A program made the translations under genes and the position numbers. A DNA stretch of 49,034 nt from Candidatus Woesearchaeota archaeon (GTDB lineage: Archaea > Nanobdellota > Nanobdellia > Pacearchaeales > GW2011-AR1): contig CAZKON010000001.1 of NCBI GenBank assembly GCA_964554415.1, forward strand, positions 1-49,034, in the 5' to 3' direction. Positions 1 through 10,046 of this stretch are shown here, in pieces; position 1 is the first letter of the stretch, and every line of letters starts with the position of its first letter. A model generated the notes under the pieces. It had not been told where the DNA came from and ran no database searches. It worked only from the letters and a program-made list of their open reading frames with translations.

Positions 1-2756
1 CCCCCCACCTTCTCATTCAGTTCTTTAAGTAATGGATTCAACTTTGTCCCAAAGACTTTTGCAGCTCTTCCAAGACCGCCCATTTGATTAAATGGGGCGT
101 CTTCGAGGTCTTCCTTGAGAATTTCAATAGAGGTAGCGATGTGGCCTTTTATGAGCATGAGCCATTTTAATTGTTCTTCACTGAATTGAACTCCTTCTTC
201 TTTTTGTCGTGCGAGCCATTCAGCAAACCGCTTATCAACGGTGTCGAGATAGGGTTCAAGTTCCTTTGTCTTTTCAATTTCAAATTTTAATAAAGAGATA
301 AAATTAGCAATTTCTTTATCTGAAACTCGCCCCTTGACTCTTGCTTCTTCAATCTGTCTGTAAGCTTGCCAGAGTCTTGAAGTCGTTAAAGCAAAAGGAG
401 GGGCTTTAATTCTTTCATACAGCTCTTTCAAATCGCTCCAATGGAGCTTTCCCTTATTATAGAATATCTCAATCGCGACAAGCTCTGTTTTATTTTTCTT
501 AATGAATTCTTTAAACGAGCCGACAACTTCCTTTGCCTTCTTGGTTGCAATTTCTGAATACTTGGCTTCTTCGACAACATCAAGCGATGAAACGTCAACA
601 ATAATTTCTGTCTCTTTCTTTATTTCTGGAAGTCTCCCGATAAATTTTGTATTCCCAATGAATGACTTTAATGAATTATCCATTCTTTTTTCAGATACTT
701 CATCAAGTTGTTTTGATGTCGGTTCCCTGCCAAATTCTTTTTGTGCTTGCTCAAAAATCTTATCTTCATCAATTGAATCAACCAGTTCCCTTGCAAAGTC
801 TTTTAATGTCTTTCCCTGTGTGATTGTTTCTATTTCATGGACTTGTTCTTCTGTTAACTTCTTTTGAAGTCTTGAGAGTCTGCTTACCAGAGAGGATACA
901 AGTTCCTTCGTTGGTTTTCCATATTGCAGAGATTTAAGCAACTTCTCAAATGAAAGAGAAGGATTCTGCTCCAGTGGACGGCTTTCATTTAATTCTTCAG
1001 ATTCACAAACTCCGACAGCATCAATAATAACAAACCGCTCTTTTGCTTGTGCATCTGGAGTTATAGACATAAAATCTTGATTATTCATTACACGAACTCC
1101 CCGACCTTTCATTTGCTCAAAATAATTTCTACTCTTAACTGATCTCATAAAAAATACAATCTCAAGAGGTTTAATATCTGTCCCTGTCGCAATCATATCA
1201 ACTGTTACTGCTATTCTGGGAAATGGACTGTTTTTAAAAGACCTTAACAAGGCATCGACATCGCCTTCTGTTCTATAGGTAATTTTCTGGCAAAATTCGT
1301 TCCCTTCTCCAAATTCTTCCCGTACTATATCAACAATTTCTTCTGCATGATTGTCATCCTTTGCATAAATTATGGTTTTTGGAACCCAATGTCTTCCGGG
1401 AAATATTTCAGTAAATAGCTTTTGCTTGAATGTTCTTATTACCTTTCTTATTTGGTCTTTAGAAGTTACTTTTCTATCAAGTTCACTTGCGTTATAGATT
1501 ACTTCGTCTTCGACTTTGTGCCACCTCTTTTCTCGTGTTCTTTTATCACGTTTTATGATAACTTCTCCACTTTCAATCTTTGAACCTTCTCTTGAAATCT
1601 TTGTTCGTATGTTATAGACTGTAAAATCAACATTAACATCATCAGCAACTGCTTGCTCGTGTCCATATTCCATAACTAAGTTGCTATTAAAAAAAGCAAT
1701 GGTACTTTTTGAAGGAGTTGCAGTTAATCCAATGAGATAAGCATCAAAATAGTCAAGAACTTGCTTCCAGATGTTATAGATAGACCTATGGCACTCATCA
1801 ACAATAATGAAGTCAAAAGATTCCATAGGAAGTTGAGGATTGTATTTAATTTCAACTGGCTTTAATGGGAGTTTTTGCTCATATCCTGATTTTTGCTCTT
1901 CAATAACATTCAGCTCTTTTCCACAAATCATTGAATATACTCTCTGAATTGTCGCAATACAAACTTTGTCTGATTCTTTAATTTTATTAGATCTTAAGAG
2001 ATGAACATTGTAAAGTTCTGTGAATTTTCTTCCATCTCCGGGCACTTCAAAATTTTGAAACTCTTGTTCCGTTTGCTCTCCAAGATTGAATCTGTCAACA
2101 AGAAAAAGAATTCTCTTGGCTTTTCCTTTATCAATTAATTCATTGCATAGGTTGACTGCCATGAGTGTTTTGCCTGCACCTGTTGCCATCTGAACGAGTG
2201 CTTTGGGCTTATCTTTTGCAAGAGAGCCCAAGAGATTATTTATCGCATTTTCTTGTACTTTTCTTAATTTCTTATTTTCAACACATGGTATTTTTTTTAG
2301 CCTATTTCTTAAAGTATCTTTTGTACGTTTTACCCACTCTTCAAATGTTTCAGGTCTATGAAAATTAAAAACTTCTCTACTTCTTGGCTTAGGATCCCAT
2401 AAATTTGTAAAACGAACTTCGTTTCCATTGGATTCATAAATGAAAGGTAACGGTAAAGAAATATGCCTATAATCTTTTGGAAATCCATCTGCATAGCCCT
2501 TTGTTTGCGTTTCCTTTCCAATAAGCGTTACTCCTTCTTTTTTTGCTTCAATAACACCAACAGCAACTCCGTTAACAAACAAGATATAATCTGCTTCTCC
2601 AATGTCCTTTCCCATTTGGAAATATTCAACCGCAACACCATTTGAACTATAGATGTTAGCGGTCTTATAGTCTTGAATATCCCATCCCGCGGAAACAAGT
2701 TTAGGATTTATTTTATCGTGCCTGGCTTTGACTTCTGGACTTCTTTCATTCCCCAT
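1..2756 (-). CDS. hsdR: Type I restriction enzyme R subunit (HsdR-like); C-terminal end runs off the left edge
   Basis: Absent from the ORF track because there is no stop inside the window. The minus strand from ATG 2756..2754 is open to base 3 (about 918 codons): MGNERSPEVKARHDKINPKLVSAGW... Motifs: Walker A VQMATGAGKT (Met codon 2187..2189, in frame), DEAH-type box IIVDECHR, GLTATP, then an EcoEI-R-like C-terminal region. TATA-like gcgtttttaaaaacc at 2773..2787, about 24 nt upstream. Confidence 0.85.
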   Translation of the reverse strand, partial: MGNERSPEVKARHDKINPKLVSAGWDIQDYKTANIYSSNGVAVEYFQMGKDIGEADYILFVNGVAVGVIEAKKEGVTLIGKETQTKGYADGFPKDYRHISLPLPFIYESNGNEVRFTNLWDPKPRSREVFNFHRPETFEEWVKRTKDTLRNRLKKIPCVENKKLRKVQENAINNLLGSLAKDKPKALVQMATGAGKTLMAVNLCNELIDKGKAKRILFLVDRFNLGEQTEQEFQNFEVPGDGRKFTELYNVHLLRSNKIKESDKVCIATIQRVYSMICGKELNVIEEQKSGYEQKLPLKPVEIKYNPQLPMESFDFIIVDECHRSIYNIWKQVLDYFDAYLIGLTATPSKSTIAFFNSNLVMEYGHEQAVADDVNVDFTVYNIRTKISREGSKIESGEVIIKRDKRTREKRWHKVEDEVIYNASELDRKVTSKDQIRKVIRTFKQKLFTEIFPGRHWVPKTIIYAKDDNHAEEIVDIVREEFGEGNEFCQKITYRTEGDVDALLRSFKNSPFPRIAVTVDMIATGTDIKPLEIVFFMRSVKSRNYFEQMKGRGVRVMNNQDFMSITPDAQAKERFVIIDAVGVCESEELNESRPLEQNPSLSFEKLLKSLQYGKPTKELVSSLVSRLSRLQKKLTEEQVHEIETITQGKTLKDFARELVDSIDEDKIFEQAQKEFGREPTSKQLDEVSEKRMDNSLKSFIGNTKFIGRLPEIKKETEIIVDVSSLDVVEEAKYSEIATKKAKEVVGSFKEFIKKNKTELVAIEIFYNKGKLHWSDLKELYERIKAPPFALTTSRLWQAYRQIEEARVKGRVSDKEIANFISLLKFEIEKTKELEPYLDTVDKRFAEWLARQKEEGVQFSEEQLKWLMLIKGHIATSIEILKEDLEDAPFNQMGGLGRAAKVFGTKLNPLLKELNEKVG

Positions 2757-2831
2757 GATAAAGTGATGAGAAGCGTTTTTAAAAACCTATCCTGAAAGAT
2801 TAAATAAATGGTTTTTATGAGACTTTATAAT

Positions 2832-5800
2832 CTATACCCCATAAAAATACTCATTGCAGAATTCGCAGTTCTTCTCCAAGCTGCATGCATTAAATCCTTC
2901 GTTGTAAGCTTTAATAACCGCCCGTGAAGCGTCAATCAACTGTTTTTTTACATCTTCTAAATTAAATCCGTCAATCCATTTAGAGCTGATGCATTTCGCA
3001 TTTCCCTGCTCATCAAATTCAAATTCCAAAGGTCTTTCCTGCTTAAGCATATCCAAAATAACTTTTCTTACTCGGCCATATCTCTCCTGTGCAGCCAAAG
3101 CGTAAAAACCAAGCTGCCAATCCCTGTCTTTTTTAGAAATTTGAGCCTTTCCTGTTTTGTAATCAACAATTGATATACTTCCGTCAGGAAGAAAATCAAT
3201 CCTATCTGCAAATCCCATGAACTTAACTTCTCCGAGTGTCAACGGTAAATACTGTTCTGTTTTAGTTAAAGAACCATATCTTCCTTTGTTTCTTTCAAAG
3301 AAAACACGAATTAAAGTTTCAGCCTCTCCCCATTCAACTCCTGACCACTCATTATTTAAGCTCAACTGCCGGGCAAGAAGCAAAAAGTCGTCAACTTTTT
3401 GCAAGCGTGAAACAACTCCTTTTTCAAGAACAAGGTGAACAAAACTTCCCATCTGCATTGCTTCCCAAGAGAAAGTTTTCTTTTCAGGCATTCTGTAGAT
3501 ATACTTATATTCAAATTCTTTTTGGCATTCATCAAAAAGCAATAACGCTGAAGGAGAAAGGCGTTCTATCTTTTCTTTCTCTCTTTTCTGTCCATTTTCA
3601 GCAGCAATTGTATTAAGCACATTTTCGAAATTATGTGAATCCAAAGCCTGAACAAAGGAAGATGTAGTCTTTATTTCAGGTTGTGGTTCACGATAAAGTT
3701 GCGCACTATCTTTCACAAAAATGACATCTGGATTTTTTAGGTAAGCAAACTCGTCAAGGAAAACGGAAGGAGCAACTTTCTTCTTAGCATATTCTTCAGC
3801 AAATGTGAGAATAAGTTTCTCCTTGGCGCGGGTAAATGAAACATAGGCAAGTCTTCTTTCTTCAAGAAGCTGATGATACTTCTCATAATTAATAACAAAA
3901 TCTTCTTTTTCATCTCCTGAAACACTTCCAAGCTCTTCGCGCACTTCAGGAAGCAGTTCAGTAGGAATTAATGAATTCCCAATATATCTTTCGATTGGAA
4001 ACCTCCCTTGTGCAAAATTTGTAAGAATGACTATGGAATATTCAAGACCTTTAGTTGAATGGCAGGTCATAAGACGCACTCCAGCCTCTTCAAGCTTAGC
4101 AGCTTCTATTTCAATTCCAAGATTCTGTAAGACCTCCAGATAATAAAGAAAATTAGAAACATCAGAATCGTATAATTCTTCATGAGTCTTAGCGACATCG
4201 TAAAACTTCTGGAGATTCATCATAACTTCTTTTTCTTCAAATGTTCTCTGTTCATTCAATAACCCGGATATTTTATACATCTCTTGCAAAGCCTCGGAGA
4301 GAGGTTTATCTAAAAGAGGAATCATATGATGTATCTTCTCCAGAAGAACCTTAAGCGAAAGCATTCCAGCCTCGCTAAGTTTAACTTTTTTAAGTATCTC
4401 TATAAATGCAGGAGAAAAAGCAGGCGTAATCTCACTCTCCGATGGTTTTTTGCTCTCTTCCCCCACTCTTCTGTTCTTTTTGGATAATTTTTGGATGTTT
4501 TTGCCCAGGACCACTAAGTCCTCTCCAGAAAAATTCATCAGGTAAATTAAATCCCACCAAGCCTGCTCTCCTCCACCGGCTTCCTTCTTGAGTTTATCCA
4601 ATATGACTAAATAATCGTAAATAGCTTTGACAGATTTCTGTTTGAGCAAAGAAGCCCTTGAAACAGCATAATAGGGAATTCCTGCATATTCCAGAGAGTG
4701 TTTAATCATTCTCCCATATTGATGCGCTCTAAAGATGACGCATATTTCTTCAAGGGGAGTTCCGTTATCATTCTCTCTTTGAATAAGCTCAATAATTTTT
4801 CGTGTTTCTTCCTGAGCGTCTTTTAATTGGAATACCTCAACTTTCTCTCCTTCTATTTGGTGTGCGTTCTCAACAAAGAAACATTCTTCAGGAGATAAAT
4901 AATTTCTTGAAATAAGCTGGTGGGCAACTCTCAATACACTATTAGGGGAACGATACGAGCGAGAAAGTGTAAAAACATCAGAATCTGAGACATCAAAGTA
5001 TTTTTTAAATAACTGAAGGTTCTTGCCGTATGCTCCTCTGAAGCGATAAATGCTCTGATTCATGTCTCCTACAATAGTCATATTTTTATGGGGAGCAATT
5101 CGGACAAGAAAGTCCAGTTGCAATTTGTTGGTATCCTGAAATTCATCAACTATAATATAAGAATAATTTTGATTGATGTCAGGAAATCTTTGCAATAATA
5201 AAAGTGCATTCGCACAAAGATCAGAGTAGTCCTGATAATTTCCTTTTATTTTCATCTTTTCGTAGGCATTCCAAGCCAAGACAAACTTTTTCATCTCTAA
5301 TACTCTCCTAAGATTCTTAATCTCTTCAACAAGGAATTTCTTCTTCTTTGAGTCCTGTCGTAGATGAATAGTCGCGAGTTCAAAATTCAGGCTTTCTATG
5401 CGTTTCTGAAAATCTATCTCACCATATTCTTTCATCTTTCTTTCAATAAATTCCTTGAATTCGTCTAAACTGATTCCTAAATCTTTTGCTGTGCCGATAG
5501 TATTGATGTACTTCTGGCAATAATTGACATGCACTCTCAAATTGCGATGCAATATTACCATTGCCTGATCAGGATCAAGTATTTTGAATTCTTTCATAAT
5601 GCCTATTTTATCGCCATATTTTCTTAAGATTTCAGCGCTAAATGCATGAAATGTTCTTATTATCGGCTCTTCCCCGACAGGCAGATGCAAGTTTTTCTGG
5701 ACTCGTAGAAGAAGATTATTTGCCGCTTCATTAGAGAAGGTTATACACACAATTCTTTTTGGTTCATAAACTTTATTCTCGACCATGTACTTCATCTTTT

Positions 5801-5894
5801 CCACAATCGCATGAGTCTTTCCTGTCCCTGCCCCGGCAAGAATAACACATGGACCAGAAATTTTCTCCATTGCTTCTTTCAGCTCATTCATCAT
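2832..5894 (-). CDS. UvrD/PcrA-family SF1 helicase fused to a C-terminal PD-(D/E)XK nuclease with Cas4/AddB-like cysteines
   Basis: 1020-aa ORF. Walker A AGAGTGKT, motif II IIVDEFQDTN, late helicase motifs (MTCHSTKGLEY, AYVSFTRAKEKL). The C-terminal ~230 aa has an FADRIDF...IVDYKTGK nuclease core, one Cys in FDECQKEF, and C-x6-C-x2-C (ACSLEKNCEFC). Confidence 0.85.
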   Translation of the reverse strand: MMNELKEAMEKISGPCVILAGAGTGKTHAIVEKMKYMVENKVYEPKRIVCITFSNEAANNLLLRVQKNLHLPVGEEPIIRTFHAFSAEILRKYGDKIGIMKEFKILDPDQAMVILHRNLRVHVNYCQKYINTIGTAKDLGISLDEFKEFIERKMKEYGEIDFQKRIESLNFELATIHLRQDSKKKKFLVEEIKNLRRVLEMKKFVLAWNAYEKMKIKGNYQDYSDLCANALLLLQRFPDINQNYSYIIVDEFQDTNKLQLDFLVRIAPHKNMTIVGDMNQSIYRFRGAYGKNLQLFKKYFDVSDSDVFTLSRSYRSPNSVLRVAHQLISRNYLSPEECFFVENAHQIEGEKVEVFQLKDAQEETRKIIELIQRENDNGTPLEEICVIFRAHQYGRMIKHSLEYAGIPYYAVSRASLLKQKSVKAIYDYLVILDKLKKEAGGGEQAWWDLIYLMNFSGEDLVVLGKNIQKLSKKNRRVGEESKKPSESEITPAFSPAFIEILKKVKLSEAGMLSLKVLLEKIHHMIPLLDKPLSEALQEMYKISGLLNEQRTFEEKEVMMNLQKFYDVAKTHEELYDSDVSNFLYYLEVLQNLGIEIEAAKLEEAGVRLMTCHSTKGLEYSIVILTNFAQGRFPIERYIGNSLIPTELLPEVREELGSVSGDEKEDFVINYEKYHQLLEERRLAYVSFTRAKEKLILTFAEEYAKKKVAPSVFLDEFAYLKNPDVIFVKDSAQLYREPQPEIKTTSSFVQALDSHNFENVLNTIAAENGQKREKEKIERLSPSALLLFDECQKEFEYKYIYRMPEKKTFSWEAMQMGSFVHLVLEKGVVSRLQKVDDFLLLARQLSLNNEWSGVEWGEAETLIRVFFERNKGRYGSLTKTEQYLPLTLGEVKFMGFADRIDFLPDGSISIVDYKTGKAQISKKDRDWQLGFYALAAQERYGRVRKVILDMLKQERPLEFEFDEQGNAKCISSKWIDGFNLEDVKKQLIDASRAVIKAYNEGFNACSLEKNCEFCNEYFYGV

Positions 5895-5982
5895 TTCCTA
5901 GAGAAAAGAGCATTAATAAGGTTTTATGCGTTTTGCTTTCTAGCTTGTCCTTAACAAAGGTTATATGGATGTATATCTTTCG

Positions 5983-7014
5983 TTAAGTGCTTCTTTCCAC
6001 CATTTTAGGTAGTCTTTGTTTTTCCCATTGCTCTTGGGCTTTTTGTAAGAGATGGTATTCTTTTGAGATGGTGAAGGGGATGCTGGTAAGATGAAACAGC
6101 ATCTCGGAGAAAGTAAGAGTTCCGATTGTCAACAATACGCGCGGAAGCATGAGAAGTGTCGAAAGAATCTCCTCTGCTCCGAATATTTGTTTTCCGCTCT
6201 TCTTATCAAATTTCAGAGTTTCGTACGACAAAGGTCGGTACGCTTTTGCGCTTACAGAATATCCTCCTCTGGCGTAGACCTCCGTAATTTCATTTTCCCC
6301 CTCTCCAGAATATTGACATACTAGAATACCAGAATCAGCTATTTTATCAATACAAAAAGTAAGACAATCACAAGACATTTCTTCTCCGCGTTGTTTCTTT
6401 TCCAATAATTCTCTGTGGTAATACGTAGGAAAATCAGAGACTGCAAGTCCTGCTTCGCGGTACTCCTTTTGTTTTTCAGTGGTTTGTTGTATAATCCGAT
6501 AGTTCTGGGAAAAAGCAGGTATTCCTGTTATTGCCGTTACAATGAGTGGCAGTCGTAATCGATATTTCAATGCAGCTTGAAGAGGACCGTATGCCTTGAC
6601 AACTTCAGAGATTCCTTCTTTCTTCCTTCCAAAGCTATCACTTGCAAAGAAGAGGTAACTTGAAAGCCCCTGATTTTTACTCTTTTCCGTTTGATGTTCT
6701 TTCACTTCTTGCCTTTCTGAGAAATCAAGCTTTTCACCATTCGCTCTTTGAAGCACGTGTAAATAAGGAGGATCGATAAGTTCGTCCAGAGAATCGAGAG
6801 AAATTCCCCGAGTATGAGCATTTCTTCTCAGTGTTTCTATCTCGTCCCGATAATACTGCGAAATAAAACGGTTTGCATTGTCGAGAAGGCGCGTATTCTC
6901 ATCTTCTATCTCCGCAGGAGCTCTTGTTTTAATCTCTTTCACAGCAGTGTTATGTAAATCAACAAGCTTGCGTAATTCGCGATTGCCTCTCCATTTTTGT
7001 ATTGTGTGTATCAT
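5983..7014 (-). CDS. Hypothetical protein (about 343 aa from preferred start; track ORF extends to 7080)
   Basis: Long ORF. I prefer Met23 (ATG 7014..7012) because it removes the 62-nt overlap with the upstream gene (stop 7019..7021) and follows GGAGAGG. No motif I recognise. Two hydrophobic stretches (LRLPLIVTAITGIPAF, LLMLPRVLLTIGTLTF). Confidence 0.5.
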   Translation of the reverse strand: MIHTIQKWRGNRELRKLVDLHNTAVKEIKTRAPAEIEDENTRLLDNANRFISQYYRDEIETLRRNAHTRGISLDSLDELIDPPYLHVLQRANGEKLDFSERQEVKEHQTEKSKNQGLSSYLFFASDSFGRKKEGISEVVKAYGPLQAALKYRLRLPLIVTAITGIPAFSQNYRIIQQTTEKQKEYREAGLAVSDFPTYYHRELLEKKQRGEEMSCDCLTFCIDKIADSGILVCQYSGEGENEITEVYARGGYSVSAKAYRPLSYETLKFDKKSGKQIFGAEEILSTLLMLPRVLLTIGTLTFSEMLFHLTSIPFTISKEYHLLQKAQEQWEKQRLPKMVERST

Positions 7015-7018
7015 GGGA

Positions 7019-7795
7019 TTATTCCTCTCCTCTAGGCTCAACGATAATATCAAATGGTGTGCGGTATAGATGTCCTGCAAATTTGACAGGGGTACCTACA
7101 TGAAACGTCAAATAGTCTCCGTGCGTTGTACTATCTCTTTGCGTTCGATAATGTACGACTGCATTCGCGCCAAATTCAGCAGCTTTGACGCGCAACCAAA
7201 GATGGCTGCGTTCGCGCAAAAATGTTTCTGGCGTCTGTGTGTCAATACGCTTTAATCGCATGTTCAAATCGCGCTCAACTTCGTCAATACTGCCCTGATA
7301 GAGGCGAATAAATTCGGCGAGTTTTTCTCTTTCTTGTCTCTTTTTGTTTTCATCATTGCGACGTTTATTTTCTTCTTCATGACGTTTAGTATCTTCATCT
7401 TGACGATTCTTATCCTGAAATTCCCACCATCTTTTTTCAAATTCTTTCGTCTTTTTTTGATGTATCTTGAATTCCTTGCCCCAATAATGAACAAAAAGGT
7501 CTTTTATTTCTCTGCATCTTGGAAGTTCAAAACAGATGAGAACATCAGAAATAATACTGATAAGTCCTCTTCTTTCTTTAAAAAAATCATTTCCTATAAT
7601 CTTCTTCTGTACATCATCATATGTAATTGTTTGATATCGGAAAAGGTTATCAGAACGAAGACTTGAGAAATCTCTGACAAGAACATAAAGCATATCATCT
7701 TCTCGTCTTGCAATGATGTCGTACCTGCCTTGAGGCAGAAGTGCTCTTATACTTTCAGGAATTGTGCTATGCTCAGTATTTTGTGTCTTGCTCAT
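7019..7795 (-). CDS. Hypothetical protein with a charged coiled-coil-like linker and a YbjQ/UPF0145-like C-terminal domain
   Basis: 258-aa ORF. K/E/R-rich segment KKTKEFEKRWWEFQDKNRQDEDTKRHEEENKRRNDENKKRQEREK. The C-terminal AAEFGANAVVHYR... resembles the GANAV core of YbjQ-type domains. GGAG lies 7 nt upstream of the ATG. Confidence 0.55.
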   Translation of the reverse strand: MSKTQNTEHSTIPESIRALLPQGRYDIIARREDDMLYVLVRDFSSLRSDNLFRYQTITYDDVQKKIIGNDFFKERRGLISIISDVLICFELPRCREIKDLFVHYWGKEFKIHQKKTKEFEKRWWEFQDKNRQDEDTKRHEEENKRRNDENKKRQEREKLAEFIRLYQGSIDEVERDLNMRLKRIDTQTPETFLRERSHLWLRVKAAEFGANAVVHYRTQRDSTTHGDYLTFHVGTPVKFAGHLYRTPFDIIVEPRGEE

Positions 7796-7912
7796 GTTTT
7801 CTCCGTGATGATGCCATCACTTTCTGATAGCAACTAAAGAGTTGTATTTATAGTCTTGGTTAGCTTTATTTACAACCAAAGGGTTTAATAATCTCACCTT
7901 ATTTGAAAAAGA

Positions 7913-8758
7913 ATGATTGAAATTGCCCTGCCTGAATTTGAGAATGAAGATAAGAATGTTAAGGACCTTGTGTTCAGCATTCTTGCTGAAGGAACACCGC
8001 AGAGCATAACACAATTACAGCGCGAGCTGAAGCGCCGTTATCAGAAGAACGTAAGCTTTCAGGCAGTCATGAAAGCCACTACGGTTTTAGTTGAGAAAAA
8101 AGTACTTCAGAGAGAAGGCATGCAGTATTCACTTGCTCGAGAGTGGATTTTTGAGAGCAGGAACTTTCTTGACAGACTGTATAGAATTCATTTTAATGTG
8201 CAAGAACCGATAAAAAAAGTAGAGTTAGGTAAACAGATAACAGTCTACACTGTCAGTAATTTGCTTGAGCTTGATCGCCTTTGGAACGACCTGTTAACAA
8301 ATTGGGCAAAAGAAGAGAAAGAAGACAAGCGGAACGTCTGGAAAGGCAGGCATTGTTGGTGGCTCATTCCAGACCTCCAAGAAGAAGACCTCATGCACGA
8401 TTTTTTAATTAAGCAGAAGATTGAAACGTATAATCTCATCACTTCAAAAACCTTGCTTGACAAAATTGCCTTGAAATATTATCTCAAAAAGGGCGCACAT
8501 GTAAAAATAAAAGAAAAAAGCAAAAATGAGAAAGATACTCACATTTCAGCTTTTGGAGAGTTTTTGGTGAAATTTGAAATTCCCGCACCTATTTCCAAAC
8601 GGCTTGAGAAAGTTTACGTAAAGATAAAACGTACAGAAGATGTTGATTTAAAGCAAGTTTTGGATATCTTCAAGGAAAATTGCCCTCTCGAGGTAACTGT
8701 TATGCAGGATACAATGCTCGCGGATAACATCAAGGAAGAGATAATAAGAGAGTTTTGA
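7913..8758 (+). CDS. Winged-helix-like DNA-binding protein (putative regulator), function unknown
   Basis: 281-aa ORF. N-terminal KDLVFSILAEGTPQSITQLQRELKRRYQKNVSFQAVMKATTVLVEKKVLQREG looks like a wHTH. TATA-like tttaataa about 25 nt upstream. Divergent from 7019..7795. Confidence 0.55.
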   Translation: MIEIALPEFENEDKNVKDLVFSILAEGTPQSITQLQRELKRRYQKNVSFQAVMKATTVLVEKKVLQREGMQYSLAREWIFESRNFLDRLYRIHFNVQEPIKKVELGKQITVYTVSNLLELDRLWNDLLTNWAKEEKEDKRNVWKGRHCWWLIPDLQEEDLMHDFLIKQKIETYNLITSKTLLDKIALKYYLKKGAHVKIKEKSKNEKDTHISAFGEFLVKFEIPAPISKRLEKVYVKIKRTEDVDLKQVLDIFKENCPLEVTVMQDTMLADNIKEEIIREF

Positions 8759-8771
8759 TGAGCGAGAAAAT

Positions 8772-10004
8772 TTATAGCATCTCTCCATGTCCGATTAAGC
8801 GCCAGTGATTGTTGATGTTTCTGGCAATCCCAACATTCTCCCCAGGGGCAGGCACGATAGGAACCTTTAGAGAGAGTTCAATCTCTTTCGACGAGAGTTT
8901 CTTAATCACACCAATCGTCATGCCGGTATTGATGCTCAAAAGCAACATCTCAGACATTTTTAGAGGTTCGACTTTCTGAGATCCGCTTATGCCAAAAAGC
9001 TCAGGAAAGAGTGCATACTTAATTTTTACAGAAGTAGTTATTTCAGGCAAAACTCCTGCATTGGACGCAATACATCCTGCAAGAGCGTCGCTTTTCCCGA
9101 GAGACATATCAAGTGAGGTCTCAATCGACATACTGCCTCCAGGCGTTAACTCTGAAACTGAGCGAGAGCCGTTGAATAACCTTATTACTTTAGCTTTTAA
9201 AGTCTTGTAAAAATGCTGGTTTGCTTCTTTTACAATTATACCGGGTTTGATTTCAATAACATCCCCAATTCTAAGAGTGCCTTGTTTGAGTGTACCACCA
9301 AGAACAGTGCCCTTCAAGTCTTGAGGCTTTGTTCCAGGACGGTTAACGTCAAAACTCCTTGCAATGACAAATTTCGGAACTCCTGATGTGACTCTTGCTG
9401 GTATCTGTATTTCTGCAATTGCGCAATAGATATAAGAAAGATTGATTTCTTGTTGCGCGGAAACAGGAATAACAGGGGTGTTATCATATCTTCCTTTTAG
9501 CAAGCTCTTAATCTCCTGATAATTCTTCAAAGCTTGCTCTTTCTCAACCAAGTCTATCTTGTTTTGAACAACAATTAAATTAGGGACTTTCTTTGCCTGC
9601 AGTGCTATAAGATGCTCGCGTGTTTGAGGTTTAATTCCTTCATTTGCAGCAATGACAAGAATTGCAGCATCAATAATGGCTGCTCCTGAAAGCATGGTTG
9701 CCATAAGCATCTCGTGTCCTGGGGCGTCAACGAAAGATACATGGCGAATTGGAGTTCCTTCTTTTACATTATAATTTTCCTTATCTTTATACAGTATAAT
9801 ATCTGCATAACCTAATTTTATCGTTATCCCGCGCTTCAGTTCTTCAGAATGCCGCGATGCCCAGACACCAGTTAGTTTTGACAATAAAGTTGTCTTGCCA
9901 TGGTCAATATGGCCGACAATGCCAACATTAAGAGTCGGCAGCTCTTCTTTATCTCTTTTGCTCTCTTTTTTCTGCTCTTGTCGTAATTTCTGCTTCTTTT
10001 CCAT
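8772..10004 (-). CDS. eif2g: Translation initiation factor aIF2 gamma subunit
   Basis: GTPase motifs GHIDHGKTTL, DAPGHE, NKIDL, plus the aIF2-gamma-type domains II/III. The track ORF starts at a GTG (10013). The ATG at 10004 sits about 25 nt downstream of tatttttaaa (10024..10033), so I prefer it. Confidence 0.95.
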   Translation of the reverse strand: MEKKQKLRQEQKKESKRDKEELPTLNVGIVGHIDHGKTTLLSKLTGVWASRHSEELKRGITIKLGYADIILYKDKENYNVKEGTPIRHVSFVDAPGHEMLMATMLSGAAIIDAAILVIAANEGIKPQTREHLIALQAKKVPNLIVVQNKIDLVEKEQALKNYQEIKSLLKGRYDNTPVIPVSAQQEINLSYIYCAIAEIQIPARVTSGVPKFVIARSFDVNRPGTKPQDLKGTVLGGTLKQGTLRIGDVIEIKPGIIVKEANQHFYKTLKAKVIRLFNGSRSVSELTPGGSMSIETSLDMSLGKSDALAGCIASNAGVLPEITTSVKIKYALFPELFGISGSQKVEPLKMSEMLLLSINTGMTIGVIKKLSSKEIELSLKVPIVPAPGENVGIARNINNHWRLIGHGEML

Positions 10005-10046
10005 ATCTTTCACAGAAGAAGGGTATTTTTAAACATTGAGATTGAA

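Noticed and set aside
7805-7828. C/D-box-like string GTGATGA-N12-CTGA
   Set aside because: There are only 12 nt between the boxes, no C'/D' pair and no terminal stem. The segment is better explained as the palindrome gtgatg-atgc-catcac in a divergent promoter.
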